Of a DNA stretch of 64,000 nucleotides, positions 49,594-58,762 are shown piece by piece; position 1 is the stretch's first letter, and the number at the start of each line of letters is the position of its first letter. The translations under genes and the position numbers were made by a program. The stretch is from positions 90,168-154,167 of the IMG/VR virus record IMGVR_UViG_3300042514_001858; one strand, given 5' to 3'. The notes beneath the pieces were generated by a model, which had not been told where the DNA came from, made no database searches, and was given only the letters and a program-made list of their open reading frames with translations. The stretch comes from a virus.

Positions 49594-50568
49594 TTAAAAT
49601 AACTCGTCTTCGTCAAATGCTTGATTTTTCTTGGAATATTCTGTGGGCTTACCGTGGAAAAAATCAACCATACTGTTACCAAGCAATTGCTCATCAAACC
49701 ACATTGTATCACCAATTAGCGTTTCGTCAATATCAAAAGCTTTGGAAAATCCAATCTGGATCAACGACTCGTTGATTCGACTCTTGATCAACTCTTTTAG
49801 TAATGGTGCTGATAATCCTTCTTCATCGATACCATTAACCATCCAGTCAATAATTTTGGACTCTGCGTTGAAAGCTTCTTGTGATTCTTGGATGATTTTC
49901 TCTTCGAATTCTTCGTCAAAAAGTTCTGGACATTCTTCTCTGATCGTATTGATGATCTTGATACCTACTAAGGCATGTATAAGTTCTTCGTTTCGTGTGT
50001 AGCAAACTTGTTGATTGGTATCTTTCAGAACATTTTTCTTGGTGTTGAACCAATTGATAACGTAAAATTGTGAGAACAGAGAAACGTTTTCAACAAACAA
50101 AGTGAACAACACCAAGGCATATAGATATTGTTTTTTTGAATCTTTGTAGAATCGGTGTGTATATTTTTTCAAATACTTGACCCTACCTTGAATCCAATCC
50201 AACTTTAGATTTTCCTCAAACACATCATTCAGTTCCAATACATCCAATAGACGTTCATATGCATTGTTATGGATCACCTCAACATTTGCCATAACGAACC
50301 CCAAATCCTGTAAAGATGGATGTGGTAAATTGTCTCCAAGCTTGCTCCAGAAAGTTTTTACAGCTACTTCTATCTGTCCAATAGCTGATAGTGTTCGGAT
50401 GATGATCTCTCGCTCTTGGTCGTTTAAAACAGTTTTAAATTGATGTAGATCGCTCTTAAATGAAAACTCTTTGTCTGTCCAGAAACCATTATGCATAGCT
50501 TCAATAAACTGTTCTGTCCATGGGTATTTGTTTGGTTTTCTACTAATTTGTTCGTCAAAAATGCTCAT
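49594..50568 (-). CDS. nrdB: Ribonucleotide reductase beta subunit
   Basis: FWTDKE, EVIHNNAY, VENVSLFSQF, EELIH, DFF. Confidence 0.95.
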   Translation of the reverse strand: MSIFDEQISRKPNKYPWTEQFIEAMHNGFWTDKEFSFKSDLHQFKTVLNDQEREIIIRTLSAIGQIEVAVKTFWSKLGDNLPHPSLQDLGFVMANVEVIHNNAYERLLDVLELNDVFEENLKLDWIQGRVKYLKKYTHRFYKDSKKQYLYALVLFTLFVENVSLFSQFYVINWFNTKKNVLKDTNQQVCYTRNEELIHALVGIKIINTIREECPELFDEEFEEKIIQESQEAFNAESKIIDWMVNGIDEEGLSAPLLKELIKSRINESLIQIGFSKAFDIDETLIGDTMWFDEQLLGNSMVDFFHGKPTEYSKKNQAFDEDELF

Positions 50569-50671
50569 AATTGTCTATTACTTATCCTCTGCTTTCTCTC
50601 GTTTTTCTTTTAATTTTTTTTGGTTCGTTTTGCTAAATATACCACGAACTAAAAAAAATCAACCCCCTTTT

Positions 50672-51310
50672 TTAGAGAATTTCATCGATGATCCCATAAT
50701 CAAGACATTCTTGAGCATCCAACCAAATATCTCTCTTCATAAGATCATCCAATTTTTTCATTGGAACTTTGGTGTGTTTTTTATAAAAATCTTTGAGAAC
50801 TTTCATCAATTTAGTGCATGTGGCGATTTCATCCTCCATTTCTGAGAACTTACCATAGACACCAGAACTTAATTGGTGAATGAGGAAATGAGCATGTTGT
50901 CCCATATATCTTTTATGACCACTTAAACTAATCAGAGTTCCAGCGGATGCGGTATTACCATCGACATATGTGTAGACTTTAGATTTTAATCTACGGATTG
51001 TATCGACAGTAGAAAATGCTGCAAAAATAACACCTCCAAAGGTATTAAGATGGAGATGGATGATAGGTTCATAATTATCATCAAAGATTTTAATACTTTG
51101 TAATTTACAATCCAATTCGAGTAAAACACGGTTTAATTCCAAAACAGATCCTTCATCAATATCAGCATAGAATAAAATTTTATTATTAATAACTCGAATA
51201 CCACTATTAACGGTTGCTTGTTCTTCATTTGCAGATGTTATGATGATATTTGGTATATTTGAGTTATTTTCCTCTTTTTCCTCCTCGTTTCGATATCCCC
51301 ACCTTTTCAT
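50672..51310 (-). CDS. ClpP-like serine protease
   Basis: LNTFGG, GNTASAGT, FLIHQ, RDIWLDAQECLDYGIIDEI. Confidence 0.85.
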   Translation of the reverse strand: MKRWGYRNEEEKEENNSNIPNIIITSANEEQATVNSGIRVINNKILFYADIDEGSVLELNRVLLELDCKLQSIKIFDDNYEPIIHLHLNTFGGVIFAAFSTVDTIRRLKSKVYTYVDGNTASAGTLISLSGHKRYMGQHAHFLIHQLSSGVYGKFSEMEDEIATCTKLMKVLKDFYKKHTKVPMKKLDDLMKRDIWLDAQECLDYGIIDEIL

Positions 51311-51358
51311 ATAACATTATTTAACATTGAAATCTATGTTATCAAATTAAATAATATT

Positions 51359-51676
51359 ATGGATAAATTTTTACAACAAATCTATACTGATTTGATTTTG
51401 GAATATCAAAGTGGTTTCAACCCACCCCAAAGAGTGCCAAAGCAAGAAGTTCCTCAAGAAGCGGGAACTAAATTGTCTTACAATAAACAAATAATTGGAA
51501 TAGCACCACCGATGGTGACTTCCCACGTTTATGGTGAGCAAGAAGAAGAATTGGGAGGAATTTTAAAAATTATCCAAGATGTTGAAGATGAATATATCGG
51601 AGATTCCCCAATTAATAATGCTGTCAGATTAGCACTTGGAACATTGAGAGAAAAATTGGATAAATCGAATAAGTAA
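51359..51676 (+). CDS. Late hypothetical protein
   Basis: TAAATA-N5-ATG; leader FLQQIYTDLILE. Confidence 0.7.
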   Translation: MDKFLQQIYTDLILEYQSGFNPPQRVPKQEVPQEAGTKLSYNKQIIGIAPPMVTSHVYGEQEEELGGILKIIQDVEDEYIGDSPINNAVRLALGTLREKLDKSNK

Positions 51677-51683
51677 TATTGTC

Positions 51684-51845
51684 ATGAAAAAATTAATTTT
51701 AGCATTTGTAAGTGTATTCTTGTTTAATTCTTGTGGAGTTCCTTTTAAATTGGAATCCCCCAATGGCATATTCCGTAAAAGTGAAGACGGTTCCGTATTT
51801 TTCGGGTATAAGTTTGAAAAACCAACGGTTTCTGATGGAAAATAA
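51684..51845 (+). CDS. 53-aa lipoprotein (not in the ORF track)
   Basis: MKKLILAFVSVFLFNS-CGVPFKLESPNGIFRKSEDGSVFFGYKFEKPTVSDGK*; signal peptide plus lipobox Cys. Confidence 0.7.
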   Translation: MKKLILAFVSVFLFNSCGVPFKLESPNGIFRKSEDGSVFFGYKFEKPTVSDGK

Positions 51846-51860
51846 CCATCACAAACATAT

Positions 51861-52436
51861 TTAAAATCCGCAATATTTACGAAATTCCTCCATGGGGAAT
51901 GCTGGTCCTGGATCAACTTTGCGATCAGGTGCAATGTCCTCGTGTCCTAAAATAGCATCTAGAGTATAACGTTTGGTTAGAACATTGCTCAATTCTTTAC
52001 CAGTTGCAATTTGTTCTGAAGTATATTGTTCCCATTCACAAATTGGACCACCATTCTTATGTTTGGCTCTAAGAGGTGGTAATTTAGAATAGCGTCGAAT
52101 TAAATTCGTAGAATCCCCGGCATTAGCATATTCTATACCAATCGAACAGGAATTTAAGTTTTCATAGGTTTTTCCAGCATGAGTCCATTTTGATTTACCA
52201 GCATGTCCACATGTAAGATTGCAAGGACGACATTGATATAATGTGCCGTCTCTATCAATTACGAAATGTGCTGATGCCCCTTTAGCATCTGGTGTTTTCC
52301 AAAAATTAATTGAGGACATTCCAGTTGCACCACTTGTAAAATGTTGGATAAGAAATCTACGAACGCTCATTTTACTCCCACCTTCCAATGGAACTCTTTT
52401 TGCAGTGTCTACCCAATGATCTTCCAAAACTTTCAT
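51861..52436 (-). CDS. N-acetylmuramoyl-L-alanine amidase (endolysin)
   Basis: IQHFT, SAHFVIDRDG, HAG, NSCSIGIE, GHEDIAPDRKVDPG; late promoter. Confidence 0.92.
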   Translation of the reverse strand: MKVLEDHWVDTAKRVPLEGGSKMSVRRFLIQHFTSGATGMSSINFWKTPDAKGASAHFVIDRDGTLYQCRPCNLTCGHAGKSKWTHAGKTYENLNSCSIGIEYANAGDSTNLIRRYSKLPPLRAKHKNGGPICEWEQYTSEQIATGKELSNVLTKRYTLDAILGHEDIAPDRKVDPGPAFPMEEFRKYCGF

Positions 52437-52444
52437 ATTATTAT

Positions 52445-52849
52445 TTAGTGTCCGTAATTTTTAATTCTTTTTTTCCATATAGGATAAGAACCAGCAACCA
52501 CAGCAGAATAGATAGTCCATCTCATGGTGAATCCAACTCCAGCTTCTTTCATCAATTCGAGAAACATCCAATTTGACGTTTTCCAATCATATTCAGTATT
52601 AAATGGTGAAAATAACCAATCATGGACTAGAGCGGCAGGGAAAGCAGGTCCATAAGGTCCGATAATAGCCCATGAAAATTTGGGTGCTGATATACCATCA
52701 GTAATAAATCCTTTGGGAACGGTAATTAATTTACCTTTGTAATAACAACGAAAATCTGCCAAAAGACGAAATTTTCTCGTTCCTTTGACAATACCCAAAT
52801 CTTCCAATTTAATGGTATCGGGAAAAACATTTTTATTTAATTCACTCAT
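52445..52849 (-). CDS. DUF1353-like protein
   Basis: VPKGFITDGISAP, AALVHDWLF. Confidence 0.8.
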   Translation of the reverse strand: MSELNKNVFPDTIKLEDLGIVKGTRKFRLLADFRCYYKGKLITVPKGFITDGISAPKFSWAIIGPYGPAFPAALVHDWLFSPFNTEYDWKTSNWMFLELMKEAGVGFTMRWTIYSAVVAGSYPIWKKRIKNYGH

Positions 52850-52864
52850 ATTATTATTTAGTAC

Positions 52865-52892
52865 TTGACAAATGAAAAAAATATGCTAAATT
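52865..52892 (+). promoter_or_regulatory. Sigma70-type promoter
   Basis: TTGACA-N13-TGC-TAAATT, 6 nt before ATG 52899. Confidence 0.7.
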
Positions 52893-52898
52893 GGAAAC

Positions 52899-53279
52899 AT
52901 GTTGAAAATATCTTGTATATTATTGTTTATGATGTTATGTGGTAATTCTGAAGAATACACTGCTAGAGTCACTTATTATTGGTCAGGAAATGGTGGTCAA
53001 GTTGGATCACAAACTTCTACTGGTAAAAAAGCGATCTGTGGAAAAACCGTAGCAGTTGATCCAAAAATTATTCCTTATGGTAGTAAAGTAATTATTCCTC
53101 AAATGGGTATAACTGCTACAGCAATTGATACTGGTAGTGCAGTGAAAGCTAGAACTGCTTCTAAAAAAATTGGTAAAAATAATATTGTGATCGATGTTTT
53201 TTGTGCTTCTAAAAAAATCGCGCAACAACGAATCAAGAATTTTCCAATGTTTATGAAAATTATTGTGGAGAAAAAATAA
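52899..53279 (+). CDS. Secreted 3D-domain (MltA-like) cell-wall protein
   Basis: Hydrophobic N-terminus; VAVDPKIIPYGS, AIDTG, IDVF. Confidence 0.85.
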   Translation: MLKISCILLFMMLCGNSEEYTARVTYYWSGNGGQVGSQTSTGKKAICGKTVAVDPKIIPYGSKVIIPQMGITATAIDTGSAVKARTASKKIGKNNIVIDVFCASKKIAQQRIKNFPMFMKIIVEKK

Positions 53280-53296
53280 AATAGATACAATCTAAT

Positions 53297-53965
53297 ATGT
53301 CATACCTAGTCGCGAATATACCACCCGTTGAAGTTTTTGTACGCAAAGAATTCCTTTATGACTTTCTACCCGATGAAGATGGAAGACCTCTTGGGTTTGG
53401 TGAATATGAAGCTGCACATTGGATAACCACAAAGAGTATCCAAAATCAGGCACTATATTTTGAATCTTTCCTACATGATTATGGTGCGCTTTATGATAAG
53501 CTGCCATTACACGCATTCCTATGGCGTACTGATGTTGACACCTCAAATCTATACCCATTGGATTGGTTGCAACTATGGGATTGCTTTTCATATAATATCA
53601 CTGTAATAAAAAAGCAAAGGTTACGCAATGCTAGATGTGAAGTCTTAATGAAAGATCGTTCATGTGCTAATGGGACTTATCTATTTACAATTGACTCATG
53701 TGCCTCAGAGCCAAATGAAATTGATGTATCATGGTCTGAGACACCCAATGAACACAAGTCATTTAATATTATCAAATTGGATAATGGACAATTTGCAGCA
53801 CAGCCTAATAATCGTATCATTTGGAAACACCAATCACAAACACCATCGGAGCTTTTAAAAGTTCCTTACTTTAAATTTTCAACACGGACATGGGTATGTG
53901 AAAATAGCGATAGATGGAGTGCATCGGCTGCAACCACGTTTACATATGAAAATGAAAACCTATAA
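53297..53965 (+). CDS. Conserved phage hypothetical protein
   Basis: GALYDKLPLHAF, LQLWDCFSY, EHKSFN, NGQFAAQPNNR. Confidence 0.75.
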   Translation: MSYLVANIPPVEVFVRKEFLYDFLPDEDGRPLGFGEYEAAHWITTKSIQNQALYFESFLHDYGALYDKLPLHAFLWRTDVDTSNLYPLDWLQLWDCFSYNITVIKKQRLRNARCEVLMKDRSCANGTYLFTIDSCASEPNEIDVSWSETPNEHKSFNIIKLDNGQFAAQPNNRIIWKHQSQTPSELLKVPYFKFSTRTWVCENSDRWSASAATTFTYENENL

Positions 53966-53995
53966 ATTATTTTTATCAGCAAATACTATTAAATT

Positions 53996-54661
53996 ATGAA
54001 AAACACAGTAGAACTACTTGGATATTATGGTAGCGATGAAATTATCGCTTGCAGTGCATGGACTTCTACTTCACGGGAACTCTCGGATGAAAAACGAAAA
54101 CGTATCCCTAAGCTTATCAACATGCTATGGAATGATGGACACGAAAGTCCATTTGAAAAAGGAACTGTCCACTTCCTTGTCGATACTGACATTGCAACTC
54201 ACATCCATTTACTCAAGCATCGTATCAGCAGCATGAACGCTGAGAGCGCACGTTATAAGGAACTGAAGGAAGACAAGTATTACCTACCTGAAGACTGGGC
54301 AGGCATCAAAGGAACTGTGGTCGATCCTTTCACATTTGCACCAAAACAGTTTGAATGGTTGGATCAGCTTGAAGCATATACTAAGCAAGGGAACCTATTA
54401 TATCATGCATGTCTCGCCGATCTTACGCCAGTTCTTGGTCGTAAACGTGCCAAAGAAAGCGCACGTTTCTTCAAGACTTACAACAGTCAAATCCAGGGAG
54501 ATGTTAGTTTCAATATGCGCAGCTTTGCTAACTTCATTAAGCTGCGAAACAGTGAACATGCACAAGTTGAGGTTCGTGAACTTGCGCAAGAAATGCTACA
54601 GCTTGTGAAAAACATCGATGGTAATCCGTTTGAACACACGCTAAAAGCATGGGGCTATTAA
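53996..54661 (+). CDS. thyX: Flavin-dependent thymidylate synthase
   Basis: GHESPFE, KHRISSMNAESARY, KESARF, NMRSFANFIKLR...AQVEVRELA. Confidence 0.93.
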   Translation: MKNTVELLGYYGSDEIIACSAWTSTSRELSDEKRKRIPKLINMLWNDGHESPFEKGTVHFLVDTDIATHIHLLKHRISSMNAESARYKELKEDKYYLPEDWAGIKGTVVDPFTFAPKQFEWLDQLEAYTKQGNLLYHACLADLTPVLGRKRAKESARFFKTYNSQIQGDVSFNMRSFANFIKLRNSEHAQVEVRELAQEMLQLVKNIDGNPFEHTLKAWGY

Positions 54662-54727
54662 TATGCGTTGTATGTTTTAAAGATAAAAAATCATTGATTT
54701 CTCGAATATTCGGATAAATAATTTAGT

Positions 54728-54925
54728 ATGATCAAAGTATTGACAAATAATAGTGTTAAATTGTGCTGCAAAGGAAAAAGTTGCCCAGTAGTTACAGAAC
54801 TCACAGACGGCATGGTAGAAATTACTGATGATTTTGGTAACAAAATTATTGTGAGAAAAGAAGAAGCACTCCTGATTTCCGATGGTGTAAAAACGATTGA
54901 TAATCAAAAACTTATTCTAGGATGA
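54728..54925 (+). CDS. Small Cys-containing hypothetical protein
   Basis: LCCKGKSCP; TAAATA 7 nt upstream. Confidence 0.65.
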   Translation: MIKVLTNNSVKLCCKGKSCPVVTELTDGMVEITDDFGNKIIVRKEEALLISDGVKTIDNQKLILG

Positions 54926-55203
54926 GTCTTTGGTTTCAATCTTTTGTATTGATTGGTGCTTGTCTGATCCTGAAATACGGATCAATTCTAAATCCTATTC
55001 GAGATCGTTTGATTAAAATGAAATTCTTTGAGAAATTGTTTAAGTGTTGCATGTGTCTTGGATTTTGGGTGGGATGTTTCTTTGGAATGTTTTGGACAGG
55101 CACACCATTCTTGATTCCCCTATGGGGATTCTACGCATCTTCCATTTGTTGGTTTGCTGATTATTTCACCATGGTGATTGACAAATATTTGGGGAATGAT
55201 TAA
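54922..55203 (+). CDS. Small membrane protein (DUF1360-like)
   Basis: LFKCCMCLGFWVG, hydrophobic segments. Confidence 0.6.
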   Translation: MSLWFQSFVLIGACLILKYGSILNPIRDRLIKMKFFEKLFKCCMCLGFWVGCFFGMFWTGTPFLIPLWGFYASSICWFADYFTMVIDKYLGND

Positions 55204-55211
55204 ATAATAGA

Positions 55212-55826
55212 ATGCAGTCATTCTATAAATTTTTTTGGGAAGCATTCTCAGACATTGGTAAATTATCACCTGAACAATTAAAAATCAGTAGAAAACTAAC
55301 ACCTGAAGATTCTGGAAAATTTAAAAAAGTTGATTGGCGATCATTTTATAAAATCATCAATGCTTACATGGAATCAGATACTAAACGTGCTGACCCTGAA
55401 CACAAAGAACATGAATGGTTTAAAGATATTAAAAATAACATCACCATTTACAAACCAGAAGAATACGCAGAGATGGAATGTTTTATCGGACCAAACAATA
55501 CCAGCGGATATTGCATCAAAAAGGGTGATGAATTGGTTTCGGTTTTTTCTGGCATACAATCTTCGGGGGATGCGGCAGTAAAAAGTGCTATTAAAAATGG
55601 TGTTAGACGTTTAGATTGTTTTGCGGAACAAGATGGTGATGGTAATATCATACCAAAAAAATTATTCAAACTCTACAGTCGAAATGGTTTTGTTATTGAC
55701 AAAGATAAAAACGATGATACAATGCCTTATCCAGTGTTCAATGGTATTTCCTATGGTGTTGACGACGATGGCAACATCGACAGAAATTCCAAAACAGTGG
55801 TTGTTTACATGAAATTAGCACGATGA
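55212..55826 (+). CDS. Late protein with a possible GNAT-like domain
   Basis: TAAATA-N5-ATG; leader MQSFYKFFWEA; ELVSVF..., RLDCF, LFKLYSRNGF. Confidence 0.6.
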   Translation: MQSFYKFFWEAFSDIGKLSPEQLKISRKLTPEDSGKFKKVDWRSFYKIINAYMESDTKRADPEHKEHEWFKDIKNNITIYKPEEYAEMECFIGPNNTSGYCIKKGDELVSVFSGIQSSGDAAVKSAIKNGVRRLDCFAEQDGDGNIIPKKLFKLYSRNGFVIDKDKNDDTMPYPVFNGISYGVDDDGNIDRNSKTVVVYMKLAR

Positions 55827-56107
55827 CAGTAATTTATCCAAGAGAACATATGATTAACGCTCCGAATAGTGATGGAGTAGAAGTTATTTTTACAGGCGAT
55901 CCAATTCCCCTTCCATCAGGAATGTATGATACAGTATTGATGATTGTTGAACATGAGCCTAAAATGGTTGATTTGAATTACGAATCGTCATATAAGTCCT
56001 GTATGCATACTGTAAAGACTATGATTGATTGTAATTTTCAATCTAGAAATTTGGAATTATTAATAAAAAAATTTAAAACAATAGAAGATATTTGGAATTA
56101 TGAGTGA
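55823..56107 (+). CDS. Hypothetical protein
   Basis: 94-aa ORF overlapping both neighbours. Confidence 0.55.
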   Translation: MTVIYPREHMINAPNSDGVEVIFTGDPIPLPSGMYDTVLMIVEHEPKMVDLNYESSYKSCMHTVKTMIDCNFQSRNLELLIKKFKTIEDIWNYE

Positions 56108-57031
56108 TGAATTAAACATAAGAGAATTATATAATAAAATTCTGGAAAAACGTGCAGCAGCAAGAGGAATTGTTTTATCGGAAAACGTAAAAATACCAGT
56201 CACTAGAAGTAGTCCTGATAAACTCGAATTTGATGGTATTGTTAAAAATTTTGACGACAACACCAGACCATTTTGTTTTATTGGGGAAAATTCAGAATTG
56301 ATTGGAACAATAAACCACAATGAAGGTACACATCCGTATATATTTTCTGCTTTTACTAAGTTAGCAGCAGCTTTAAAAATTATACCTTTTCCAGCAATGA
56401 TGAGTTATCTGCAATCAATGTATTCAGATACTACAATTAAAGATGTTAAAAAGATTCTTAAAGACGATGATGTGTCTTTCTTGGGTAAATTTGACATGTC
56501 AAACTTGGAATTTTTTGCAAAGAAACAGAAATCAGGAATGACAACAGACACTAGACGGAATACCAGAGCGGGTAGAATATGGTTTTCGGTCGCATCTAAA
56601 ACATTGAAAAAAAATGTCAATGTAATTGTTTTTTGGTGTAGAGAACGTCAATTGAAACCAGATGATTTAAAAAGTTTGAATAAATATTTTAAATTGGGTG
56701 ATTTTTTCTGGTCTGCAACTGATTCAAGTCAGTTCAATTATTTTGGTGACAATTATAGAGAGAGCGAATCTGGTGAGACTAAAGAACTCAAAAGTAAAAT
56801 CTATCCCGAATTGTCACACGATGAGATTGTTGATATTCTAATGAGAGCGCATACTGGATTTAATATGACACCATATGAAAAGAAAATTGTATGGGAATTT
56901 AGAGGATTTGATCCATCGGACTTGAAACAGGTTACGGGAGGGTATCCTTCTGCTGCTGAATATGGATATCGTAAAAAATTAAGTGAGAGTGTCGATGATT
57001 AGTTAAATTGTAATTTTCAATCTAGAAATTT
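56028..57031 (+). repeat. 25-bp direct repeats flanking the 56100 gene
   Basis: ATTGTAATTTTCAATCTAGAAATTT at 56028-56052 and 57007-57031. Confidence 0.9.
56100..57002 (+). CDS. Hypothetical protein
   Basis: 300 aa; leader ELNIRELYNKILE. Confidence 0.75.
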   Translation: MSDELNIRELYNKILEKRAAARGIVLSENVKIPVTRSSPDKLEFDGIVKNFDDNTRPFCFIGENSELIGTINHNEGTHPYIFSAFTKLAAALKIIPFPAMMSYLQSMYSDTTIKDVKKILKDDDVSFLGKFDMSNLEFFAKKQKSGMTTDTRRNTRAGRIWFSVASKTLKKNVNVIVFWCRERQLKPDDLKSLNKYFKLGDFFWSATDSSQFNYFGDNYRESESGETKELKSKIYPELSHDEIVDILMRAHTGFNMTPYEKKIVWEFRGFDPSDLKQVTGGYPSAAEYGYRKKLSESVDD

Positions 57032-57057
57032 AAAGCAATAGAAGAAATTTGAATAAT

Positions 57058-57756
57058 ATGAAAAATAAAGACAATAATGAAATTGGAGATATTTACACTG
57101 ACTTACTACAAGAAAGTGGATTAAATAGAGTTCGTAATAAAATTCAGAAACATGCTGCTGGAATTGTTACAGCATTTAGGAATGATAAATCATACAAAGA
57201 AAATATGCTCAACAATAAAAAAATATTAGCATATCTCCAATCGAAAAGATATTCCATTACCACAGTATTGGGAACATTTATCGAAGATTTTATCGATGAT
57301 GATAAGCGTGAGGAAATTCTAGCTAGAAAAGGTGGTGGTGATGCTTATAATCCAGTTGAAAAACATGTTAATGAGCGTTCGTTTTTCGTAGTCAATGACA
57401 AAGTAGAAGGCGATGATGATGGGGAACTGGCGAAAGATTTATATAAAATGGGTAAAGCTTTTAATCAAGATTCAGTCTTAATCATTCCAGCGGGTGGAAT
57501 AGGTGTTTATTTATGGGGAACTTCCGATGGAGAAGACGCATATCCTGGTTTAGATGTTAAACAAACCGTTGGTGAAGGAAAATTCGGTAAACATTCAGGT
57601 CCGTTCCTATCCAAAGTTAAAGGACGTGATTTTGCATTTGAAAAAGAACGTGATTTTGTATTTGAAGAAGTTGGACAACCTAAAACCATTAATGGCAAAA
57701 GAAGTCGATATCTATTACTGAAAGAGATTCAAAAAATTGTAGATAACTTAAAATGA
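57058..57756 (+). CDS. Conserved phage hypothetical protein (DUF3293-like)
   Basis: Leader EIGDIYTDLLQES; GIVTAFR, ERSFFV, FNQDSVL. Confidence 0.7.
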   Translation: MKNKDNNEIGDIYTDLLQESGLNRVRNKIQKHAAGIVTAFRNDKSYKENMLNNKKILAYLQSKRYSITTVLGTFIEDFIDDDKREEILARKGGGDAYNPVEKHVNERSFFVVNDKVEGDDDGELAKDLYKMGKAFNQDSVLIIPAGGIGVYLWGTSDGEDAYPGLDVKQTVGEGKFGKHSGPFLSKVKGRDFAFEKERDFVFEEVGQPKTINGKRSRYLLLKEIQKIVDNLK

Positions 57757-58517
57757 ATAACTTTAAAACTTTTTTTGAAAGATTCGCAAATGGGGAATTA
57801 CCTCCTGTAAATAAAAGAAGAAAAATTCTTTTAGAAGCTCAATATGTTTACCCATCCTCTGGTGATAAAGCTATCATGGATTTGTATGCGCTATATGCTC
57901 TATGGTGGGAATTGGGGGGTGGCAAATCAGCATACAATTACGAAGATACCAATGTTCGTAATTATAAAGTAAGAGAAAAAGTTGATCGATATTTTGAAGA
58001 AGCATTGGTAGTTATAGCAAATACTCTTCTACAGGAATCTAAAGAAGCGATTGCTGATGAAGCAGAAAATATTTTCGATGAATATTTAATACCTTCAAAA
58101 GAAGTAGTTACATGGTTTAAAGAGAATAACCTCCTCCCAAAATTAGCAAAAGCACACAACGAAGGAAAAGGTGGTATATGGTTTGATGTTTTTGATTATA
58201 ACGATACTACTAGTATTATGTCTGCTCCTTTTTGGGAAAAAAATGCTAATTTATATGGTGGTAAAAAATGGGCTGAAATCACTCAAGCAGTGAAAGAATT
58301 AGACAATGCCATCCGCAGAGAAAAAGTATCCGCTCTAATGGGTTCATTTGACAAGTTGATGGACTTGGAACACAACACGGGAAATCTTTATTCTAAACTT
58401 AATAAAATGAAAGTGTCAAAAGATACTTTAGATTTGAGAGCAGGATTTGGATCACCAAAAGATTTCCAACCATATGTCAGTGATCAAGTTGCAAAATTGA
58501 TTAATTTAATTAGATAA
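57753..58517 (+). CDS. Hypothetical protein, candidate internal head protein
   Basis: Leader MNNFKTFFE; YGGKKWAEI...DLEHNTG. Confidence 0.75.
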   Translation: MNNFKTFFERFANGELPPVNKRRKILLEAQYVYPSSGDKAIMDLYALYALWWELGGGKSAYNYEDTNVRNYKVREKVDRYFEEALVVIANTLLQESKEAIADEAENIFDEYLIPSKEVVTWFKENNLLPKLAKAHNEGKGGIWFDVFDYNDTTSIMSAPFWEKNANLYGGKKWAEITQAVKELDNAIRREKVSALMGSFDKLMDLEHNTGNLYSKLNKMKVSKDTLDLRAGFGSPKDFQPYVSDQVAKLINLIR

Positions 58518-58528
58518 TAAATAATACT

Positions 58529-58753
58529 ATGAAAAAATTCCAAGATTTCTTTAATGACTACTTCAAGAAAGTTGAAAAAAAAGATCTTCCTAAACCAGAG
58601 GTTTCCAAAGGAGAAGAAGTAGAACAAGAACATATTGCTCCTTCCAAGAGAAAAACAAAGTTAGGAAAGAAGTTGGCGAAAACGATTGCTAAACAGCATG
58701 TGGAAGAAGATCCAAAATATTACTCCAAGATGGAGAAACAGCACAAAGATTAA
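58529..58753 (+). CDS. DUF5661-like small protein
   Basis: KGEEVEQEH...IAKQHVEEDPKYYSKM; TAAATA-N5-ATG. Confidence 0.7.
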   Translation: MKKFQDFFNDYFKKVEKKDLPKPEVSKGEEVEQEHIAPSKRKTKLGKKLAKTIAKQHVEEDPKYYSKMEKQHKD

Positions 58754-58762
58754 ATTATTATT

